Positions 48,380 to 57,778 of a stretch of DNA of 64,000 bases are shown here, piece by piece. How positions within the stretch are numbered: the stretch's first letter is position 1; the number at the start of each line of letters is the position of its first letter. Origin of the DNA: Sphingomonas sp. (lineage in GTDB: Bacteria > Pseudomonadota > Alphaproteobacteria > Sphingomonadales > Sphingomonadaceae); the NCBI GenBank assembly GCA_013816595.1, contig JACDEB010000003.1, positions 351-64,350 on the forward strand, in the 5' to 3' direction. Below the pieces are notes generated by a model. That model was not told the DNA's origin. It made no database searches and was given only the letters and a program-made list of their open reading frames with translations. The translations under genes and the position numbers were made by a program.

Positions 48380-48914
48380 GTGCGGATCGGTTTCCTCTCA
48401 CTCACGACCAGATTCACCAGATCGCACACCTGCGTCCCATCGCACAAGAGCTGGGGCGCATCTCTGACGCGTAAATTATCCTGGCTCTGACGAACGACCG
48501 AATTCAGGTTGAAGTGCTGCGCCTCGGCTGCGGCGGGAGGGCGGCGCCTTTAGGATTAAGACAGTGACTTCCTGGATGCTCGGCGGCATTGGCCAAACCC
48601 TTCATGCAACCGACCTTTTCGTGCTCTTGGCAGACTTCGAGACGCTTCCCGCGGCAGTCTTGAGGCGATGTTCGCGGACTTTACCGATTCCTTCCCCAGC
48701 GCGACCTCGGTGGTCGGCCAATGACGGATGCGCCATCGTCGCCCCCAACCCGGTACTGATCGCGGCGGCGATCGATCGAGCACCGGCGCGACCCAGGCCG
48801 CTCCTACTTCGCAATGTGGCCGAACGCTATTCGATCGCGAATGGAATCGCGAGCCACGAGGCCGCACTGCGCGATCTGATTGGCCATCGGCCTGCGCAGC
48901 GGACTGGCTGGTGA
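48380..48914 (+). pseudogene. Decayed, internally deleted TagF-like + GT4 glycosyltransferase remnant
   Basis: GTG 48380: MRIGFL/(frameshift)HDQIHQIAHLRPIAQEL..* resembles the N-terminus of 53080-55326; 3' part TDLFVLLADFETLPAAVL...AERYSIANGIASH resembles its GT4 C-terminus (ERYRIEAGVASH). Confidence 0.65.
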
Positions 48915-50263
48915 GCGCAGTGGCGACGGCGATTCGAAACTGGGTTAAGGACCGGCATTTCCGCTTGTTGCTGAAAAACAGCGGCTATTTGGCGGGTTCA
49001 CAAGTGGTTGCGGCGCTGGCCGGCATCGTCACCGTCGCATTTGCCGGACGCAGCCTTGGGATTGTCATGTTCGGTATGCTCGTGCTGATTAACAGCTACG
49101 CGCAGGCAGTCAGCGGTTTCAGCAAGTTCCAATCGTGGCAACTGGTTGTCCGCTACGGAGCACCCGCGATTGCACGAGGCGACCTTGCGACCTTCAAAAG
49201 GGCAACCGGATTCGCCTTGGGTCTGGATATCGTCAGCGGCGTGGCCGGGATGATTATCGGCATCGCACTTCTCCCCTTGGTTGCCCAGGGTGTGGGCATT
49301 TCGGATAGCTACATAGGCGGCGCGATTCTCTATTGCACGTTATTGCCGATGATGGCGGCGGCAACGCCCACTGGAGTCCTCCGAACACTTCAGCGCTTCG
49401 ACCTCGTCAGCTGGCAAGGCACGTCGACGCCCATAGCCAGAGCGATTTTGGTGGCAATCGCTTGGGCGACACATGCAAGTTTCCAGGTGTTTCTGCTGAT
49501 TTGGTACGTGACGGCGTTGGCCGGCGACTGCTTCTTATGGTTCCTCGCATGGCGTGAGCTGCAACGACGCGGGCTCCTGTCGGGTCTCCGCCCGGCACTG
49601 AGACCAAGCAATTTGGACGGCGGGTGGCGCTTTGCGATCAACGTCAACCTCAACACCACGCTGCTGACGGTCTCGGGACCGGTCGCGCGTTTGATTGTCG
49701 GATCGTTGCTAGGTCCCGCGGGCGCGGCACTTTATCGTGCCGCCTCGTCATTGGCAGATGCCGTTCGCAAGCCAGCCGATCTGCTTTTGAAAGCCTATTA
49801 CCCGCAAATTACGACAATGAATTTTAGGTCCAAGACGCCGTGGAAGCTGATGGTTCGGACGGCTTCGCTGACCGGAGCGGCGGCATTGATCGCGGGACTT
49901 TTGCTCGTCCTCTTTGGTCAGGATATCATCACCGCCGTGTTCGGTGAAACGTTTGCTCCAGCCTACTCGCCATTGCTGGTGTTGCTCCTCGTGCCGATCA
50001 TCGGGATGATCAGTTTTCCGATCACGCCGATGCTTTATGCACTCGATCGTTCGGAGGCCCCGCTGCGGGCACGGGTGGTCGGAACCGTGCTGTATCTCCT
50101 CCTCATATTCCCATTGTCAGCACGCTTTGGATTGATCGGCGCCGCCGCCGCCGCGGCCGCGGGATACGCAATATCGGTAGGGATCACCGCCATGTCACTC
50201 GCGAGCGAACACCGACGCTTGCGTGCGGCGAAACAAATCAAGAAAGCGGCCGGGTGCCCGTAA
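48911..50263 (+). CDS. Polysaccharide flippase (Wzx/MOP family)
   Basis: LLKNSGYL, RSLG..FG, many TMs, LLGPAGAALYR, FGLIGAA; GTG start. Confidence 0.87.
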   Translation: MSAVATAIRNWVKDRHFRLLLKNSGYLAGSQVVAALAGIVTVAFAGRSLGIVMFGMLVLINSYAQAVSGFSKFQSWQLVVRYGAPAIARGDLATFKRATGFALGLDIVSGVAGMIIGIALLPLVAQGVGISDSYIGGAILYCTLLPMMAAATPTGVLRTLQRFDLVSWQGTSTPIARAILVAIAWATHASFQVFLLIWYVTALAGDCFLWFLAWRELQRRGLLSGLRPALRPSNLDGGWRFAINVNLNTTLLTVSGPVARLIVGSLLGPAGAALYRAASSLADAVRKPADLLLKAYYPQITTMNFRSKTPWKLMVRTASLTGAAALIAGLLLVLFGQDIITAVFGETFAPAYSPLLVLLLVPIIGMISFPITPMLYALDRSEAPLRARVVGTVLYLLLIFPLSARFGLIGAAAAAAAGYAISVGITAMSLASEHRRLRAAKQIKKAAGCP

Positions 50264-51195
50264 TCCGACACACTCGGGCAGATGTGCCGACTGTGTCCGT
50301 GATCATGCCGCTTTATAATCGGGCCGCCACGGTAAAAGCCGCGATTGACAGCGTGCTGCGGCAAACTTTCCCTGACTTTGAACTGGTCGTTGTCGACGAT
50401 GCTTCAACTGACGGGGGAACAGAAATAGCGGGAAATTTTGCCGACGAGCGTATCCGCCTCGTCCGCCTTCCACAAAACCGGGGCGGCAATGCGGCGCGCA
50501 ACGCCGGCATTCGGCTCGCCCGTGGGCGCATCTTGAGCTTCCTCGACAGCGACGATGAATTCATGCCCCACAAGCTCGAAGTAATTGTCGGGATTTTGAA
50601 ATCGGGGGAATTCGAAGGTGTGATCGACAGCTACCGCAAGCTTTATCCGACCCGAAGTAACAGGACCAAGGACTGCATAAACCCAAAATTGGAGGCCGAG
50701 GATGCCATCCTCAAGGCACTGTTCAATCGCCGGATCTGGAAGTCCACCCCTGGCATCAGCGTAACCGCCCAGGCGGCGTTACGCGCGGGATTGTTCGACG
50801 AAGGGCTTCGCCGACGGCAGGATTTTGATTTCCTCGTGCGGCTGGCGCGCTCGGCTAAAGTCATCAGCGTTCCAACAATCACTTGGCTGAAACACCGTAC
50901 CGATGACAGCATTACGGCCAATCTCTCAGGTTTTATGGCCTCCCTCATGGAGTTCTGGGATCGTCATCCAGAATATTACGACAACCCGGATTTCCGTCCC
51001 GGTTTCGCTGCCGACATCACACTGCATTTAAGTAAGCTCTTTATTACCGGACGCCTTCGGCAATTGGTGATGGACGCCGCGACGGTTGCGCGGCGTATTG
51101 GCTACCCAAGTCTTTGCACCAGCATTGTCGTTGGAACGCGCGAACTCCTTCGACTCAAGCGGCATCGGACCGGGATCGGCGGCGAGCATGGATGA
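50254..51195 (+). CDS. Glycosyltransferase family 2
   Basis: VSVIMPLYN, VVDDASTD, ARNAGI, FLDSDD; start may be 50284. Confidence 0.93.
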   Translation: MPVIRHTRADVPTVSVIMPLYNRAATVKAAIDSVLRQTFPDFELVVVDDASTDGGTEIAGNFADERIRLVRLPQNRGGNAARNAGIRLARGRILSFLDSDDEFMPHKLEVIVGILKSGEFEGVIDSYRKLYPTRSNRTKDCINPKLEAEDAILKALFNRRIWKSTPGISVTAQAALRAGLFDEGLRRRQDFDFLVRLARSAKVISVPTITWLKHRTDDSITANLSGFMASLMEFWDRHPEYYDNPDFRPGFAADITLHLSKLFITGRLRQLVMDAATVARRIGYPSLCTSIVVGTRELLRLKRHRTGIGGEHG

Positions 51196-51418
51196 CTTCG
51201 GCGTCACAGTGCGGAATTAGAAGTTCTAACACAGCGTAACGAGCCCAAATGGCGTCGTTACCCATCAGCTTGTTCGTTCTGTTCGCGCATCTTGACTGAA
51301 CGAAATATTCGCATGCGTTAACAAAACTGGCCTCGTCCAAGGCAGTCAGGGGATGTTTGCGGCGCATGGCCGCGGGTGGATTGCCGGGGCTTTTGCCGTA
51401 TCGGCGAAAGCATACTGG

Positions 51419-52642
51419 TCAAATAGCCCGTCCGGTTCGCAAACGAAGTAGCCTTGCGGCATGGATTGAAGAGCTTGCGATCGCGAGCGCGATATAAACC
51501 CACCCAAGAATAGTCAGCGCCACGATCTCGCGAGGAGGATCCTGCTGGAACGCGAATGCCAAGCCGAGTTGCAACGTGAATAGGCCAATCAGCAACGTCG
51601 CTCCGACGACGCTCAGTCGCAATCCTAGAAGCAGGGATATGGCGAACAGTGATTGAGCCGCGGTCAGGAAGAATTCCTCATGCTGCCGTGCGCTCAATGG
51701 CAACGCGATGATCGAGCCGGCTCCGATGCTCATCGCCACCGGCAACGCGCCGACAAGCAGGGTCCACTGGTTAATCTTGTCGCTAATGAGGGCGATCAAT
51801 CCGGAACTCGCGCGAGCGGCGAAAACGAAGAGGACCGCAAGGACGAGTTCGGGGGCTTCGCCCGTGAGAGGCGCGACCCATTGAATTAGAAGAAACTCGT
51901 CGATTCCGAGTATTCTGCCCGATGCGATCATCGATTCCGCGAACGGTTCAGCGCCTATCAGGATCACTGCGCCCGCGAGCGCTGTCAGGCCCGCGGTCCA
52001 CGCCCATTGACCTTGGGGTGACAAACTTTCGAGAGCCGCGGCGGGACCCGGCTCCTCGTCATCATCGTCTTCCTCTTCGATCAACTTTGGCTTGCGGTTA
52101 AGCGCCAAGCGCCAGAGATAGGCGCCAAAGATGGCGAGCAACAGGCCGAAATCGATCAGGTCGATCCGGCCCTTGAAGAGGATGACAAAGGCATAGGCGC
52201 TGGCTAGCGCCAGAAAGAACAATTCGATTCTATTTGAGGGCAACAATTCGACGGCGGTCTTGCGTGTCTTGTACCAGTGCAGAAACACCACAAGTGGCCA
52301 TGCGAAGCCGATCAGCAGTCGATTGGCGCCGGTCATGTTGGCAGCAGCGTAGTGGATGTAGTCGCTGCCCGGCGCTTGGCCGGCGCGGAACGCATAATAA
52401 ATGTCGACCGCAAATTCAGGAAGGACCGTAACGAGCGCCAGGCCGGCGAGCAGCAGGCCTTGCGAGACCCGGCCCTCCGCCGCTTCGGCGCCCCAGGAGA
52501 GAATGAAGCCCGCTGCAAGGAGCGCGCCGCCGAAAATAGCAGCTTCAATCAGGGCGCCTGGATGGCGACCGGTCAATCTGAGCCAAAGTCCAGGTATTGT
52601 CGCGACGAGAGCGATCGCAAGATAAACTAGGAAGCGCTTCAT
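51419..52642 (-). CDS. Sodium:calcium (CaCA) antiporter family protein
   Basis: Alpha-repeats TVLPEFAV..ANMTGAN and GEAPEL..ISDKINQW; acidic loop EEEDDDDEE. Confidence 0.85.
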   Translation of the reverse strand: MKRFLVYLAIALVATIPGLWLRLTGRHPGALIEAAIFGGALLAAGFILSWGAEAAEGRVSQGLLLAGLALVTVLPEFAVDIYYAFRAGQAPGSDYIHYAAANMTGANRLLIGFAWPLVVFLHWYKTRKTAVELLPSNRIELFFLALASAYAFVILFKGRIDLIDFGLLLAIFGAYLWRLALNRKPKLIEEEDDDDEEPGPAAALESLSPQGQWAWTAGLTALAGAVILIGAEPFAESMIASGRILGIDEFLLIQWVAPLTGEAPELVLAVLFVFAARASSGLIALISDKINQWTLLVGALPVAMSIGAGSIIALPLSARQHEEFFLTAAQSLFAISLLLGLRLSVVGATLLIGLFTLQLGLAFAFQQDPPREIVALTILGWVYIALAIASSSIHAARLLRLRTGRAI

Positions 52643-53079
52643 ATCGTGATTGGAACTAGACTTCATGGTCGAATTTTGCACATCCATACTGATCGTCTCC
52701 TGAGGGGGGGGCTAGTGACTGGAAGGTTCCGAACGCCCGCTGTCCGAACCACGTGTCGCGTTACGAAGTTCCGATCTATCCCCCCTCTGGCCGGGGTGTT
52801 TGGACCACTTCTCCAAAGACTGGTCGCGAAGACACCTTTCCGCGAAAGGGAAGAGACCTCAGTTGGCTTCTCGGGCGCCGCCGATGTGTTGCGGTCGTCA
52901 GCCTTGCCTACCTGGCGATCACCGCGTAAACGCTCGGGCCTGAACATTTTGGCGTATTCCCTTGGGGCTCACGTTTGACCAAATGAACGCTGGCCAGCCG
53001 GCGGTTCAACAGCTGAAATTGTTCGACCAATGACACACGCAGATTTCCTGCGTGATCGGCCTAAGCCCAAGTGCTGCAA

Positions 53080-55326
53080 TCAAGTGAGCTCAATTCCCAG
53101 TACCTTCGCGTGTGACGCGACCCCGGCCTCGATACGATATCGTTCGACCCACTGCCAAGATCCAAGTATTTTAGATCGATATTTAAGCTCGGCGGCAATC
53201 GCTTGAGCGAGTTCTTCTGCGTCGCCGGGAGAAACAAGTTTTCCATAACGTCCTTGCGCAAGGACCGCGCCGACGGCCGCTGTAGAATGTGTCGCAATTA
53301 CCGGGCATCCGCAGGCGAGGGCTTCGAGCAGGACCGCGCCCTGACCCTCCCAGGCTGACGCGAGGACTAGCACGTGAGCCCGTTTCAGGAATGCAATCGG
53401 GTCAGGCACAAATCCTTGAAACTTAACGCGGTCGCCGATTCCGAGAGCTTGCGCCTGGCGCTGCAAGGACTTGAGAAGCGGGCCATCGCCCAGCACGTTT
53501 AACGTCCATGCGAGATGAGCGATCCGTGCAAGCGCGTCGAGCAACAGCGGATAGTTCTTTTGCGGAACAAGTCTTCCGATTGCGAGTAAATCTCCTGGTT
53601 CGAATTCCGATATCTGTTTACCCGCGGCAAGCATTGCATCAGTGATGTATGGATTGTCCACGACATGCAGTTTGCTGGCCGAAACTCTGCTGGTCCGGCG
53701 GAATTCCTCTCGAGTGGAATCGGCGATCAAAAGGACAGCATCCGATCTTTGGAATGCCCATTTGTACCAGGCCCTTCGCACGGCATTGGCTATTCGTCCG
53801 ATATGCTTACGTTCGACCGGGTTGGTCATTTTGAGCACAAGTTTGCAGGCGGGCACGCCCGCCATCATGTGCGCGATGGTCGTCACTACATGCATGTGAT
53901 TGCCAGCGGAGACGACCTGGGTTGGACGCTCAATACGCAGTATCTCAACCAGTTCGAGCAATCCGAACAGCATCGCCGGCCCTCGCGCCGCTCCGGCGTT
54001 GACCTCGATAAGTTTTACTTGCGGGTCGACCACGGACGTATGTATTCCGCCACCGCGCATGACGACGAGTGAAACATCAACACCTCGCTTGGCCAGGCCA
54101 TTTGCGACAAGCATTGTTGCACGGGCGGTCCCGCCCGAACCGAGGTCCGACAGCAGAAACATGATGCGCTGTTTTTGAGCGCCTGAATGACCGGCCGCCC
54201 CCGTTTTGGTGCGAGGCAGGAAGGTCAGAATCGCGTCGGCTGCGCGGGCTGCAGCCCCGGGTGATCGATCGACGATCTCGCTAATCCGCTGACTTTGGCG
54301 CTCCTCATATCTGGGATGTCGAGCGACCGCCTGGCGAATCGCTTCAATGGCCTCGGCCGGAGTGTCGACGACATCTCCCAAATCCCAGTTCGGAAAATCG
54401 GGGTTGCCGCGCCATTCAAGTTGGTGCGCATTGAGGAAGACGCACGGCTTCGGCTTACTCAGAAACTCATAAATCTGGCTGCTGACATCGCCAACGTAAA
54501 TGTCGGCTGCGGAGGTGTAGGTCATATCGATGGAGCTGGGCGATCCGAGATCGATGACCAACCGGCCGGGGACGGCGAGGTGTTCCCACCGCCGGCGCTC
54601 GACCGCCGGTCTGCGGCTGAACAGTTTTGCATGGGGGGCGACGATCAGATTGAATTCACTGGTTCGGGTGGCCTGATCGATCAGAGGGCGAGCAAACCTC
54701 TCCCAAGATCGCAATGCTCGTTTCGAATGCGGGTTGAAAAGCACGACCGGGCGGTCGTTTTCAAAGATCCGCGGCGCGTCCTTTGACAGGCGCTTTGCAG
54801 CTTCGAATTTAGAATAGCCGATAACCGCGTAATGCCCGGGCCGGATGCGCCCGTCTGCCAATAGCCGCTTTTCGTCCTTGCGACCGGCCACGAGGACAAA
54901 ATCAAAAGCGAGGTATTTGTCAGAATAAGACTGCGCCCGACCGCCAATCCCGTGATTTACGTAGATCATGAACGGTCGTGGTCTGAGCAAGCTGGCAACG
55001 AAGCGCGCATGATCCGTCGGCGTAACGATCGCACTATAACCGGACAGGAGCGCGACGTTCGGCCGATGACGCATAACCGCGACCTTGAGACTACCAAACA
55101 AGCGAAGGCTCTGCAGCAAGCGAAGATGCAAAGGCACTTTAAGCAGTCGCGTGGGCACCGAGGCGTCGCGATTGCAGCGCTCCAATCGCGCGACTTCCGC
55201 GAGAGATGCCGGAAGGGTGGCAATGATCTCGACCTGGACGCCAGGCCGTTCGGCCAATTCCCAGGCAATGTCGGCGACATGGTGCGCCTGATAGGGCTCG
55301 GCACCGATGAGGATTCCGAGCTTCAT
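53080..55326 (-). CDS. Fusion: TagF/CDP-glycerol glycerophosphotransferase-like domain + GT4 glycosyltransferase
   Basis: N-half NHG, LFNPH, VAPH, YVGDVSSQIYEFL..KP; C-half GSGGTAR, IGRLVPQKNY, EGQGAVLLEALACGCPVI. Confidence 0.85.
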   Translation of the reverse strand: MKLGILIGAEPYQAHHVADIAWELAERPGVQVEIIATLPASLAEVARLERCNRDASVPTRLLKVPLHLRLLQSLRLFGSLKVAVMRHRPNVALLSGYSAIVTPTDHARFVASLLRPRPFMIYVNHGIGGRAQSYSDKYLAFDFVLVAGRKDEKRLLADGRIRPGHYAVIGYSKFEAAKRLSKDAPRIFENDRPVVLFNPHSKRALRSWERFARPLIDQATRTSEFNLIVAPHAKLFSRRPAVERRRWEHLAVPGRLVIDLGSPSSIDMTYTSAADIYVGDVSSQIYEFLSKPKPCVFLNAHQLEWRGNPDFPNWDLGDVVDTPAEAIEAIRQAVARHPRYEERQSQRISEIVDRSPGAAARAADAILTFLPRTKTGAAGHSGAQKQRIMFLLSDLGSGGTARATMLVANGLAKRGVDVSLVVMRGGGIHTSVVDPQVKLIEVNAGAARGPAMLFGLLELVEILRIERPTQVVSAGNHMHVVTTIAHMMAGVPACKLVLKMTNPVERKHIGRIANAVRRAWYKWAFQRSDAVLLIADSTREEFRRTSRVSASKLHVVDNPYITDAMLAAGKQISEFEPGDLLAIGRLVPQKNYPLLLDALARIAHLAWTLNVLGDGPLLKSLQRQAQALGIGDRVKFQGFVPDPIAFLKRAHVLVLASAWEGQGAVLLEALACGCPVIATHSTAAVGAVLAQGRYGKLVSPGDAEELAQAIAAELKYRSKILGSWQWVERYRIEAGVASHAKVLGIELT

Positions 55327-55407
55327 TGTCGTGGACTTGTCTCGACCGGCCCCCGGAGACCTCTATTGCTTAGGTCGAACAAGAAGCAAAAGCGTATGTG
55401 CAAATCT

Positions 55408-56634
55408 TCAAAATGCTTGGCGCCCCCTCGGCTCGTGGACGGTTGCAGGATCTTGGATGATCCCAGCCCACCGCTGATCGAGGCTGTCCAGCAGCTGTGG
55501 ATCTGAAGAGAATGCCAGCAATTCATGATTCAACCATCGTGAGGTCTTCGTGAGATTGTAGCTACCGAAAGCCGCCCATGAGCCCGAGGGACTTTCTGCC
55601 AGCATGAATTTTGCATGCATCGGCAATTGCTCCGGATGCGAAAATCGGAAGACGTTAACGCCACTGGAAATCAGTTGGCGGATGATTCGTCCGGGCGTGC
55701 GGCGCCTAGTGCCCCCGGTCAGCAATTGAACATGGACTCCGCGACCGACCAGCCTCGCGAGCGTTCGAGCGACATCGGAATCGCGCACGTGCGACGCCGC
55801 GATGCGCAGCACGGAGCCGCTCTTGAGTGCGTCCAGACGGTCGATCAAGGGGTTCCGCCCAACGAGGGGGAAGAAAAGCATTTCCATGCCGCCGGCGTGG
55901 ACGCAGGCATCTCTGGCACGCGCGGGCCGGAACACTGGATTGCCGTGCATGATCACAACGCGCTCATTTAACTCCGCTACAATTTCTGGATCGGTGATGT
56001 TGACCAGAAGGTTGTGCCCGCGATCCTGGTCGCCGATGTCGCTGATGATTTTCGTATTTTCCGGCTCATTCCCCGAAGGATTGAATGATCCGATGTAGGC
56101 GGTGGGCTGCGGATCCGAGAAGCAGTAGATTTTCGTGTGCAGGTGCAGAGGGAGGATGTGCTGCACAATGCGGAGACCCTTCCCCAACCCCTTGACGGGA
56201 TCAGCCAGGCGTCGGATCACTTCTGAATTGACCCGACGATTACGCGGACGCCCTTCCAGGCAAAGCCGGACGTTCACTCCGCGAAGACGTGCACGGATCA
56301 AGGCATCCGCAAGCCTTTCGTCGCGAAAATAATAGGTCATCCAATTGATCGAGCCGCCCGGACCCACGGCATCAATTCGCTCTTCCAGTAAATCGCGCAA
56401 TCTCCGCGCTGGGCCGTCGGGGCCGCCATACACGACTCTCGCAGAAACGGAGGGGATAGATGTTCGGCTCGATAGCTGAGCGGGCGCATGGTCGATCTGA
56501 TCCGGGACTGGGACGAGGCGGGGTTCGTGGCACGCAGGAGCGTCCACCTGCTGCAGCGGAAGTTCAGCAATTCGAAGTGAGGGAATGGTACGTACTGTCC
56601 GAAGCTGCAATCCATGGTCGCGGATATCGGGCAA
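55408..56634 (-). CDS. Phospholipase D-like (two HxK motif) protein
   Basis: HTKIYCFSD..YIGSFN and HAKFMLAE..FGSYN; start uncertain. Confidence 0.82.
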   Translation of the reverse strand: MPDIRDHGLQLRTVRTIPSLRIAELPLQQVDAPACHEPRLVPVPDQIDHAPAQLSSRTSIPSVSARVVYGGPDGPARRLRDLLEERIDAVGPGGSINWMTYYFRDERLADALIRARLRGVNVRLCLEGRPRNRRVNSEVIRRLADPVKGLGKGLRIVQHILPLHLHTKIYCFSDPQPTAYIGSFNPSGNEPENTKIISDIGDQDRGHNLLVNITDPEIVAELNERVVIMHGNPVFRPARARDACVHAGGMEMLFFPLVGRNPLIDRLDALKSGSVLRIAASHVRDSDVARTLARLVGRGVHVQLLTGGTRRRTPGRIIRQLISSGVNVFRFSHPEQLPMHAKFMLAESPSGSWAAFGSYNLTKTSRWLNHELLAFSSDPQLLDSLDQRWAGIIQDPATVHEPRGRQAF

Positions 56635-56838
56635 GGCTGTGCTCCATCTCAGTCTGGCGCGATCTCCGGGACAGACTCAGATAGACGTAGGGCTGGAGCC
56701 TGACGTATCCCTGACTTACAGGATCGATAGTCGGGCGAGCTCGTAGGAAAACGTACAATCTCGACGGTCTGCTCGAATGTGGACTGGCAATTTCGCCTGC
56801 TCGCGTGCAAGTGGACGCGTCACGATTGACGAAGGGAA

Positions 56839-57003
56839 GTGTATACGCGCGTTGCTTTTGCGGCTTCGCTGAGCGTTCTTGCAGCCATTGGCACTGCCCG
56901 TGCCGACGTGCCGAATGTCGTGCCGGTGGTCATGACCAACTTCGAGTTCAAACCGTCCGTCGTTCAGTTGCAGGCGTTTCATGGCGCCCATTTGACGATA
57001 TGA
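56839..57003 (+). pseudogene. Truncated cupredoxin
   Basis: Not in the ORF track. GAAGGGAA RBS, GTG; MYTRVAFAASLSVLAAIGTARA-DVPNVVPVVMTNFEFKPSVVQLQA then stop; parallels the N-terminus of 60266-60655 and lacks the Cu ligands. Confidence 0.65.
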
Positions 57004-57778
57004 GAAACAGCTTAACGCGCGAATTGCCGAGCGGTCCCTCCGCCGATTTCGCGCTTGACCTAACGCTGCAAATACGCCTTATCGCCTGGGGCATATTGCG
57101 ATCGAACAAGGTAAATTAGCTGACAATTCTCACGGCCTCAAAGCGAATCGGAGTTCGCCTTTGCATCATGTTGGCGGGGATCTTGTGTGCATTGTCGCCA
57201 TCGATTGCTCAGAGCAACCGCTATAGCGATGCAATCGACGATGGTTCGGGCGGACGCCCGCCATTGGTCGTGAGCCAATTGGCGGAAATGCCTATCAGCC
57301 GTCACTCGGAGCCTCGTCGACCGTTCCTCATCACTGCCGGAAAATTTGGTCGCGGCGGCTACAGCGTGGCTGAAATTCCCAATTCATCAGAAGAGCCGCT
57401 ACGATCCGCCCAAGTGAAAATTACGGCATTCTTCAAAGATCACGATGGGCCCGGCCTCGCTCCGTCAGTTCCCGATCGACCGCCTAACAGCTAATTGTAC
57501 CCGCCTTGGCGGGGACTACTGTCTCGGGCCAAAGGTCGAACATGCATAGTTGTTATCCGAGCCAGCCTTCGCGCGACGACCGCATTGCTCGTCATGCTCG
57601 CATCGGACGCGCCAGTACTTGGCAATCAGATCAGCAACTCGGGAACCATTCACCGCATCAGTGAAAGCTCGCCGGCAGTTATCCAACCCGTGGGATTGAA
57701 CCGCTTTGGCGGCCCCAAGCGAAGCGGAGTCACCAAAAGCTGCTGCTGAACCTTCAGACCCAAAGGGGTCATCCGCCC

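Noticed and set aside
57168-57749. ORFs 57168-57494 and 57495-57749
   Set aside because: No family motifs or convincing RBS; left unannotated
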